Below are positions 36,228 through 44,125 of a stretch of DNA of 64,000 nt, piece after piece. The stretch is from Acetivibrionales bacterium (GTDB taxonomy: Bacteria; Bacillota; Clostridia; Acetivibrionales; JBMNNH01), in contig JBMNNH010000018.1 of the NCBI GenBank assembly GCA_050953835.1, positions 3,030 to 67,029 of the forward strand. The letters are read 5' to 3'. The stretch's first letter is position 1; every line of letters begins with the position of its first letter. Position numbers and translations under genes: made by a program. The notes under the pieces are model-generated. The model was not told where the DNA came from. It did no database searches and saw nothing but the letters and a program-made list of their open reading frames with translations.

Positions 36228-39101
36228 TTAATCCTCCCTATTATTAAAAATCAGTTTATTATATTTCGTGTAGTACTCATAACCGTATCCTGTTATATCT
36301 TCAAATAAGAAAGCCGGGATATATATATGTCCATTTATTCCAAGTATATCTTGCTCCACATCCTTTTTATTGCCGTTAATAAAGATTTCTCTGGTGTGAG
36401 GTATTATTTTTACTTCCATACCGTTATAATTTATAACAGCTTTTCTCTCAGTTCCTACCCATACTACACTGCCTCCCAATCCTGTAAAGGCATCCCTGAT
36501 AGGAATATACGGTGTGCCCTGTGCCATAATAATTGGGTTCAAAAACTTTATATTACTGTCTGTAAAAATAGCTTCCCCTGCTTTAAAAGTACTGTATTTA
36601 TAACTTTCTGTTATCATTTCAGCCTTTTGATTTAGGCTTTTAATTTCCTCCTCAGTATATATACTGCTTTCCTTTTGGACTAACTGAAGAAGATTTTGGT
36701 AAATAAATGATTCAAGTGTTTCTGTTTCTATATCAACGCCTTGATTCATTCCTTCAATAGCAAGCTTCATTCTGGAAAAATAATCACTCTTTTCAGCAAC
36801 AAGAAGTGCATCAGCAGCTGCTCTGAAGCTCCTGATCAATGCCTGTACACCTGCCTTGTCTGTGCTGCCCGTGCTTAAAAAGCTGTTCCTGTATATACTT
36901 TGCATGCCCCTGGCTTCATCTGCATTATTCAGGGCAGAATAGTGCTTTGAAACATAATCCTCCATTTTGCTGCTGCCAGGAGAATATTCAATCAATAATT
37001 GCAAAATGGAAGCATTTTGCCTTTCTTCCATGCTCATTTTCATACTTTCAGCCGCAAGAGACACACTGCCTATCTGTTTTAGGATTCCAGCAGCAGAATC
37101 ACTGTCGCCGTTCTCTGAAAAGGTTTTATACAAAGCTTGTAAAGCATCTGAGATTTTATCAATGACACCATCGCTGTTAACAAATGACTTGTATTCCTCG
37201 TCAAGGGAGTTATAAGTGTCAAGCAGGTCTTTAACTGAAAACTCCAACTTACCTATTATATCTGAACCCGGTGTGTTGATTTCATCGAGAACTCTATACG
37301 CTCGCTCCTTGAAATCATTTATAAGGTTTTTGTCTTTATCACTAAGCAGATCTAGAAGTCCGGATATCATAATGTCTTTTAAGCCTATTTCGTTTTCCAG
37401 TTCCTTTGCAAGGCTGCTGTTTCCTTCCATAACAGCCTTGTCAAGTGAATTCTGCAGCTGTCTTTTCTCAGCATCAAGTTTATTTAAATCGTCCAATATA
37501 TTATCATTGTTATTAGATAAATCTTCAAGCACCCTGCCTATTTGCTCCTTTAATGAAGAGGCATGAGCAATGTTTCCGGTCTCAACCGCACTCATATACT
37601 CTTCTTTAAGCGCAGCAAGTTGATTCTCCAAACCCGCTTTTGCTTTCGAGGAACTGGATAGTTGTTCATTCATGGATGCTTTTATGCTCTTAATTTCATT
37701 ATCCAACAAGTTAAGAAAATCACCAAGAACCTTTAATGCAGGCTGGTTGTTATTAATGTCCTCCTGGCTGCCTGCGTTCAAATCAACTATTATAGCTGCT
37801 ATGTACCCTTTAATTCTTTCAAGGGCAGAAATTTTGCTTTTATTGTCTTCAAGCCTTTTAATGGTTTCAGTCTTAATAAATTCTACATCTTTTACCCTGG
37901 ATTCAAGCTGTTTTGAATTGTCTTCAATAATCTTATCCAATACAGCTTTGGATTCACCCGCAGCTTTTGCAGCCTTAAACTCACTATTATTGCTTACAAA
38001 CGCTGTACTTTTTAACCTGTCAAGAGCTCTGTCCAGGACTCTGTTCAGAACTATCAGTTCTTCCCCACTGCTTTTGATAATACTATTTTTTATATTGTTA
38101 ATATGTAATATATCACTCAAAACAGCATCCGCACCAGAAAAGTCCTGAGTATCAATTTTCCCAAGCAAACTCTTTTGTAATATACCTTTCTCTTCGCCGA
38201 GGACATCTGTTGATTGTCCTGCAAGGCTATTGATAAGATTGTTCTGAGTATCTATTAGTGCTGCAGATGAATTTGACAGTGGTTCCAAAATATCTGTATG
38301 TGCTTTATTACTTGCTTTATCAATTGCTGATTTAACCCTATCTGCAATCAACTGTACAACAAATATTTTTTGCTCGGTCAGTATATTGTTTTCCAGCTCC
38401 AAGACTTCAGCTATGTAAAGTTCCCTTTTATCAGTATGTGTCCTGTTGATATAGTCCTTATAACTTTGAATTCGAGTAAGTATGCTCTCACTATCCGAAT
38501 ATCCCTTCTGACCTTTAACCGAGGCAAGAATCGGATCAATAATTCCAAGCTTCTCTCTTATTTCTTTCCTTTCAGAACTGTCACTGCTTTTATTCAGCTT
38601 CTTTTCCTGGGACTTTCTCTCATTTGTAATGCTTTCAAGTTCTTTTTCGAGAAATTTCATCCCTTCGGGTAGATTATTCTCTGGTTCGTTTATCTGGCGT
38701 GCATCCACAGCTTTACCGGTAGAAAGGTCAATTATTTCTCCCGGTTTCTTTGCCCAGTGGGTAAGAGGAATGGAATCAATTTCTAGATTTGATACTATTT
38801 TCCCTTTTTCTGTCAAGATCTCATCCACAGTACCTGTACCGGTAATATCAACCCACTCGCCTTTTGCAAATTCTGACTTGTAATAAACCTTTTTCTGTCC
38901 GCTGTTTTCTGCGCTTTTTTCTGCCAATGACACAGTTTCACTATCAAGGGCTGACAGATGTATAAGAAATGTGCCAATAACGAGTGTCTGATTGGGAACG
39001 TCCTTTGCCAAAGGCCTTGTATCAGCACATGCTACACCAAATGGAAGAAGTGCTGTAATAACAAATATAATAAGCATCACAAAAGCATTTACTCTCTTCA
39101 T
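36228..39101 (-). CDS. Secreted 957-aa coiled-coil protein with C-terminal copper-amine-oxidase-N-terminal-like domain
   Basis: Sec signal MKRVNAFVMLIIFVITALLPFGVACA, about 750 aa of heptad-rich sequence, then C-terminal GTPYIPIRDAFTGLGGSVVWVGTERKAVINYNG...INGHIYIPAFLFEDITG. Its stop is 1 nt from the cap gene start. Confidence 0.7.
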   Translation of the reverse strand: MKRVNAFVMLIIFVITALLPFGVACADTRPLAKDVPNQTLVIGTFLIHLSALDSETVSLAEKSAENSGQKKVYYKSEFAKGEWVDITGTGTVDEILTEKGKIVSNLEIDSIPLTHWAKKPGEIIDLSTGKAVDARQINEPENNLPEGMKFLEKELESITNERKSQEKKLNKSSDSSERKEIREKLGIIDPILASVKGQKGYSDSESILTRIQSYKDYINRTHTDKRELYIAEVLELENNILTEQKIFVVQLIADRVKSAIDKASNKAHTDILEPLSNSSAALIDTQNNLINSLAGQSTDVLGEEKGILQKSLLGKIDTQDFSGADAVLSDILHINNIKNSIIKSSGEELIVLNRVLDRALDRLKSTAFVSNNSEFKAAKAAGESKAVLDKIIEDNSKQLESRVKDVEFIKTETIKRLEDNKSKISALERIKGYIAAIIVDLNAGSQEDINNNQPALKVLGDFLNLLDNEIKSIKASMNEQLSSSSKAKAGLENQLAALKEEYMSAVETGNIAHASSLKEQIGRVLEDLSNNNDNILDDLNKLDAEKRQLQNSLDKAVMEGNSSLAKELENEIGLKDIMISGLLDLLSDKDKNLINDFKERAYRVLDEINTPGSDIIGKLEFSVKDLLDTYNSLDEEYKSFVNSDGVIDKISDALQALYKTFSENGDSDSAAGILKQIGSVSLAAESMKMSMEERQNASILQLLIEYSPGSSKMEDYVSKHYSALNNADEARGMQSIYRNSFLSTGSTDKAGVQALIRSFRAAADALLVAEKSDYFSRMKLAIEGMNQGVDIETETLESFIYQNLLQLVQKESSIYTEEEIKSLNQKAEMITESYKYSTFKAGEAIFTDSNIKFLNPIIMAQGTPYIPIRDAFTGLGGSVVWVGTERKAVINYNGMEVKIIPHTREIFINGNKKDVEQDILGINGHIYIPAFLFEDITGYGYEYYTKYNKLIFNNRED

Positions 39102-39126
39102 AAAATACCTCCACTAACAATACCAT

Positions 39127-40475
39127 GTTCTGTTAACTTAATAATAAAATGAGACCTGAAACGCCTCTGGTATAATGGAATCGTCAAAAAACACATTATC
39201 TCCCAGAAAGGAGCGTTCAAGTCTCATGACTATTATACCATCTAACGTAGTATGTCCAAGGTGTTTTTCAAAAGTTCTTAACCGTTTTGGTAAGGACAAG
39301 GAGGGTTACCAAAAATATCAGTGTCAACATTGTAAGCGTCAGTTCGCTCCAGATAACCCTACTTCCAATTCACAATCGAGAAAAAGAAAATATCCTGATT
39401 GCCCGATTTGCGGTAAAGCAACTTTTCTTCACCATGACTATACTTATTACTCAAACTTCCGGTGTGGTGATAAAAAATGTAACCATTCCTTTAGAGTTCC
39501 GAAGCTTATTAACGTGGAACCACCTTCTTCTGAATTGAACCCACAAAGCTTTTCTTTTAAAGGAATGCGTCATTCTCTCCACATTGTTCTTTGTGCCCTT
39601 AATTACTACTTTTGCGGTAATTCAACCACCCGCAAGGTTTCCCAGATCTTATACATGGTTCATCAGATTAAAGTCTCACATGTTACCATCTCGAAATGGA
39701 TTAAGCGCTTTGCCCCGGTATTTAAAAAGATCGCCACAGATCGGCTTTTGGGGATTAAGCTCTGCGATTCGGATGAATGGCATTTCGATGAAACCTATAT
39801 CAAAATTTCTGGGAAAGATTATTATCTCTGGCTTGCCATTGATTCCGAAACCAGATTAGTTCTTGATTTTCATCTTTCTCCTAACCGTGATTCATCCGCT
39901 GCTCATACCCTTTTATCAAGCTGTAAAAGAAATTTCGGACAACCTCAATCCGCTGTAATTTCTGATCGATATTATGCCTATCAACAGCCTGCTTCTCTGT
40001 TCTTCCCAGAGGCCAAACATATTTGTGTGGAAGACTTTGATGATTTAATCAACAACAATGTTATAGAGGCTTTTAACGGGCAATTCAAAGCGTGGTACAA
40101 ACCTAAAAGAGGCTTTAATTCATTCGAATCTGCCAACCGGCTCATTGCTACATACATTTTCTTTTACAACTTCGTTCGTCCTCATTTGAGTCTCAATGGT
40201 TTAACACCGGCTCAAGTTGCCGGAGTTAAATACTCAAAACGCGAACGGCTCTTCTGGTTATTGGTAGCTTGAGTAATATTCAGATTTCAAGGTTCATTCC
40301 GTCCTGCGCTGTGCCAGGACTATTTGTGCTACCTTAATTAGAACTTTTAAGGGTTGCACATCACTTTTTTTCATGTTACTTTGTTCTTAGTCGTTTCCAT
40401 TAGTAGGCTTTTTTCTTTTTAAGCTCTACCAAAGGTCTTTCAGGTCTCATTTCTTCATACTTAGTTAACAGAACC
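39127..40475 (+). mobile_element. IS6-family insertion sequence (about 1.35 kb) with imperfect terminal inverted repeats and target-site duplication
   Basis: The IRs share GTTCTGTTAACT (12/12) and AAATGAGACCTGAAA (15/15), separated by a divergent 10-12 nt. The element is flanked by direct repeats (C)AATACCAT at 39118-39126 and 40476-40484. Confidence 0.85.
39175..40272 (+). CDS. IS6-family DDE transposase with N-terminal zinc-finger region
   Basis: CPRC...CQHCKRQF and CPICGK...CGDKKC zinc-ribbon motifs, then DDE-region motifs FDETYIKISGKDYYLWLAIDSETR, ISDRYYAY and NNNVIEAFNGQFK typical of IS6/IS26-type enzymes. The real start may be ATG 39226, because a TGnTATAAT box at 39168-39176 overlaps the first ATG. 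Confidence 0.8.
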   Translation: MESSKNTLSPRKERSSLMTIIPSNVVCPRCFSKVLNRFGKDKEGYQKYQCQHCKRQFAPDNPTSNSQSRKRKYPDCPICGKATFLHHDYTYYSNFRCGDKKCNHSFRVPKLINVEPPSSELNPQSFSFKGMRHSLHIVLCALNYYFCGNSTTRKVSQILYMVHQIKVSHVTISKWIKRFAPVFKKIATDRLLGIKLCDSDEWHFDETYIKISGKDYYLWLAIDSETRLVLDFHLSPNRDSSAAHTLLSSCKRNFGQPQSAVISDRYYAYQQPASLFFPEAKHICVEDFDDLINNNVIEAFNGQFKAWYKPKRGFNSFESANRLIATYIFFYNFVRPHLSLNGLTPAQVAGVKYSKRERLFWLLVA

Positions 40476-40496
40476 CAATACCATAATCTAAATACT

Positions 40497-42545
40497 TCAG
40501 TTTCCGATAACAATATCAAGTGTCCCGCTTCCATCCTGTGCATCCTTCAGATATGCCTCGGCTACCTTCTCTTCCTGTTTGTACAGTAACACCTTTAATT
40601 GGCTGTAGTCATTAATAACCACGTCAAGATGTTCAACCCTTTGGTTCACAGGCAATATTTCACTGATACTCTCATTTTTCCATAGCACCTGGTAGTGGGT
40701 TGCGCCAAGAGCGGTGTCTACATGTATATACAGGCTTGATTTATATGTACCTGCTATCTTTTCCGCTTTCCATGAGCCGGTAAATTTATTGGTTTCTGAA
40801 GGTTTATGGACAAGCAAAGTGCCTCCTGTTTCAAACCCGTCAAGCTCAGCTTCACCAACAATCTGCCCGTCTTTATAAAGCTTGACACGCAAAAGCGCGG
40901 AATCATTAAACATAACAGGAAGATGTACAATTTCCTTGTTAATTTCAGTTCTTTCTCCAACCCTTGAACCATCGTAGGTATATAGTTCATAGTGCGTTGC
41001 TTCTACACCAACAGGTAGTTTTTTTATACCAAATGCGACCTTATAGTCATCAAGCCTTATATTGGTATACCATTCTCCGGGCAGTCCATCTTCTTCTGTT
41101 TCTGTTTCGGGGAGCTGGTTTTGAATAAATGATTCCCCGTTTTCAAGCGCCTGTATTGTTATACTGTATTGTCCAATGTATTTTTCCAAAGCTCCCGACG
41201 ATTCATATGAAAGAATATAAATCTGTTGGTTCAAAGAAATAAGGTTGGAAATCACGCTATCCATAGCACTTCTTAAGGATGCCTTCATACTGTCGAGTTC
41301 CTCAAAAGTAATCAGTCCTAACTTGTTCTGAATAACTGCATCCTTATACTCTTGAAGCAATTCTTCCGATTTGGCCTTTGATTCTTCAAAAGCTATCTTG
41401 GCAGATACCAGGTTCAGATACAAGTTTTCTACGTTTTCTAACTGTTGTGTAGTAACATTTTCAACATTAATCTGCTCTTTTTCTTTTTCAGCTACAGAAA
41501 GAGGAAGGGCAAACTTTTCATTATCAAAATAGCGTATTCCGTCAAATTCCCTCTGGAACCACTCCTTCGGGATAGGTATAACAAAGAATATAAACGGTAT
41601 ATAATAATAACCACCATACTTATCCTCAATACTGTCAAGCATTCTCTCATACTTTGTCATAAGGTTGTCGAAATCAACCCTGCCTGAAGTCCTTAAGGCT
41701 TGTTCAACTGGAGATGCCATTGAGCCGAATTTCTTTTTAACATCCATCAATATGGTTTCGGTTTTAAGAGTTGCTAGGGCGAGTTTCCTTTTTGCCTGGT
41801 AAATATCAATGTCATCCTTTAAGGTATTATCAAGGATTTCTTTTAAGATACCCCTGTCTATATTTATGTTAATCAGCTTTTCTTCAAAAACATAGCCCGT
41901 ACTGACATCCATTCCTATTAGCTTTCCAAGGCTGTTTTTCTCCTTCTCATAGGCCATTACGGTTTGCTGGAGGTTCTTCGTAAATTCCTTAACTTCATTC
42001 TCTTTTGCTTTAAATGCTTCCTTTGTGGCCTGTCCAGTCCTAAACTTCCTTTCAAGCATTTCAAGGGCTTTCTCTGATTCTTCAAGTTTTATTGCTGCAT
42101 TGCGTTCATTAATGCCTTCTGTTATGACAGCAAGATACTGCAGCCTTATATCCATATTTAATTTTCTTCTTGCTTCAACAATCTGCCTGTCAATATCAAT
42201 TATTTTTGCTGTAAGTTCAGGAATCTTAAAGACAGTTTGAATCTCCTTGGGCTGGCCATGTGTCTCAGGCAGCTTTATATTAAACGGAAGTGAAAACCTG
42301 ACCGTACTTTCTTTCTTTCTGAGATCTCTTAGTGCTTCCCTAGCTTGATAAAGTTCAATACGTGTTTTAAACTTTTCCATTTCAAGCTCATATATTTCAT
42401 TACTGTTGCTAGTACCAATGCGCACCGCTTCTTCAAGGGTTAAAAGCTGTTCTCCTGCAGCAGCAGAATAGGTACTAGTACCGAAAAAAACCGCCAACGC
42501 AGTAAGGAAAGAAAACAGCCTGATAATATTACTCTCTCTTCTCAT
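40497..42545 (-). CDS. TolC/OEP-like secreted coiled-coil protein with two C-terminal beta-sandwich repeats
   Basis: Signal peptide, then LTLEEAVRIGTSNSNEIYELEMEK... (an OEP-like opening) and long helical repeats. The last 192 aa are two roughly 95-aa repeats, each containing GATHY. Confidence 0.45.
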   Translation of the reverse strand: MRRESNIIRLFSFLTALAVFFGTSTYSAAAGEQLLTLEEAVRIGTSNSNEIYELEMEKFKTRIELYQAREALRDLRKKESTVRFSLPFNIKLPETHGQPKEIQTVFKIPELTAKIIDIDRQIVEARRKLNMDIRLQYLAVITEGINERNAAIKLEESEKALEMLERKFRTGQATKEAFKAKENEVKEFTKNLQQTVMAYEKEKNSLGKLIGMDVSTGYVFEEKLININIDRGILKEILDNTLKDDIDIYQAKRKLALATLKTETILMDVKKKFGSMASPVEQALRTSGRVDFDNLMTKYERMLDSIEDKYGGYYYIPFIFFVIPIPKEWFQREFDGIRYFDNEKFALPLSVAEKEKEQINVENVTTQQLENVENLYLNLVSAKIAFEESKAKSEELLQEYKDAVIQNKLGLITFEELDSMKASLRSAMDSVISNLISLNQQIYILSYESSGALEKYIGQYSITIQALENGESFIQNQLPETETEEDGLPGEWYTNIRLDDYKVAFGIKKLPVGVEATHYELYTYDGSRVGERTEINKEIVHLPVMFNDSALLRVKLYKDGQIVGEAELDGFETGGTLLVHKPSETNKFTGSWKAEKIAGTYKSSLYIHVDTALGATHYQVLWKNESISEILPVNQRVEHLDVVINDYSQLKVLLYKQEEKVAEAYLKDAQDGSGTLDIVIGN

Positions 42546-44080
42546 CAGCTCTGCACCTCTCCTATAGTTAATACTACAAACTCCTCACTATCTACCATAT
42601 AGTGAAATCTGTACTCATAGCCATCAATAATGTATAGCATATATTTCAGTAAATCCCCCTCAATTATTTCCGTATGACCTGACGCCTGTGCTGCGGATGC
42701 CAGTGCTTGTTCTGAAGAAATTATACCTTTGCCGGACGGCTCGCCCATTGCATCCTTCATATTACTGAGATTCAGATTCTTATTCTTTAATACTACCAAC
42801 CCGGGGTTTTCACTCTCCCATATGTATGCTTTCTGCACAACAGCAGGATTTTCCATGTCTGCGTAGTTTATTAAAAAGGCGCATCCTGTTTCTTCCAGTA
42901 CTAATAGAAAATCGTATTCAAACATAACAAACTCAGATTTCCCAGTGAAATATGTGACAATTTCTTTTGTTTCTTTTCCAATCATATCTGCAAAAGGTAT
43001 TTCGTCCTGGAAAAAAAAGCCTTGGTATATTGGCGTTTCAAACTGTGAAAACAACCTTCCTTCCCCGTGCTTCATACCTGAAAACATTTCACCTTCATAT
43101 ACTTTTATCCCGTTTTGATATATTTTCCCCATGCCATTTGGCAGTCCATCCTTAAAATCCCCCTCATACCAGCCGGAATTTTTCTCATAGTATAATTTCC
43201 CCTTGCCATTATAAGCATTGTTTTGAAATTCTCCTTCATATATGATGTTTCCGTAGGAATCATATAAAATGCCCTGTCCGTTATAGCTGCCGTTTACAAA
43301 TGAACCTGAATACTTTAATAGGCCATTTTCATGGTATTCCATCCCCTGTCCATTTTTCTCACCTGCAGAGAATATACCTTTGAAAGACACACTGCCCTTT
43401 TCATTGTACATAATACCATTACCGTCAAATTGTGAGGCGGTAAAGCCTCCTTTATATAGTATGGCGTTGCTATCCGGATAAAAATAAGTGCCTGTTCCCT
43501 CCATCATGCCTCCGGAAAAATCCCCCTCATATACTTTTCTTCCTTTTTCATCGTACAGTTTCCCATATCCTTCATATAAATCATTCTGAAAATAGCCTTC
43601 ATAAATTAAGGTGCCTGTTTCAGCATATACTTTTCCATATCCAGTCTTAAGGCCGTTTTCCAGTTTGCCCTCATAAACCACACTGTCATTTTCTCTTTCA
43701 AGTAAATTTACCTTTCCATTGTAAGTGGCAATTCTCTCGTTATCCTGATAAAACACCGCAGTAAAGTATTTGCTTATTAACCACGGTCGTACGTACATAA
43801 AGAAAAGGAATATCAAAACAATTATAGCCACAGGTATAATAATAAAAAGTGACTTTGCCACGTATTTATGTCTGAACTCTATATAATCATTTATATTATC
43901 AGGCTTTACCTTCACTTTTTTCTGGATACTGCCTTTGGTTTTCATTACCAGTTTTCTTGCTTTTGAGCGAACGTTCAGGTTTTTCCTGATAGTTCTCGTT
44001 AATCTCCTAATGGGCAAAAGCAAAGCACTTTTAACCAGCCTGCCTATATACACTATAAAATTAAACAATCTCATTATCAT
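42545..44080 (-). CDS. Membrane-anchored MORN-repeat protein
   Basis: Basic N-terminus, one TM, then about 10 tandem YEG-x-(F/W)-x-x-G-x-x-x-G-x-G repeats (for example YEGYFQNDLYEGYGKLY). 1-nt stop/start overlap with the TolC-like gene. Confidence 0.8.
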   Translation of the reverse strand: MIMRLFNFIVYIGRLVKSALLLPIRRLTRTIRKNLNVRSKARKLVMKTKGSIQKKVKVKPDNINDYIEFRHKYVAKSLFIIIPVAIIVLIFLFFMYVRPWLISKYFTAVFYQDNERIATYNGKVNLLERENDSVVYEGKLENGLKTGYGKVYAETGTLIYEGYFQNDLYEGYGKLYDEKGRKVYEGDFSGGMMEGTGTYFYPDSNAILYKGGFTASQFDGNGIMYNEKGSVSFKGIFSAGEKNGQGMEYHENGLLKYSGSFVNGSYNGQGILYDSYGNIIYEGEFQNNAYNGKGKLYYEKNSGWYEGDFKDGLPNGMGKIYQNGIKVYEGEMFSGMKHGEGRLFSQFETPIYQGFFFQDEIPFADMIGKETKEIVTYFTGKSEFVMFEYDFLLVLEETGCAFLINYADMENPAVVQKAYIWESENPGLVVLKNKNLNLSNMKDAMGEPSGKGIISSEQALASAAQASGHTEIIEGDLLKYMLYIIDGYEYRFHYMVDSEEFVVLTIGEVQS

Positions 44081-44125
44081 ATAACAATCACTCCATGCTG
44101 GAAATAGACAAATCCAGAATTAATA

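Noticed and set aside
36228-39101. The 957-aa coiled-coil protein as the tape measure of the CIS.
   Set aside because: It has a clear Sec signal peptide and a copper-amine-oxidase-N-like C-terminal domain, and it lies outside the tube-to-hub interval. The 996-aa ORF occupies the canonical tape-measure slot instead.
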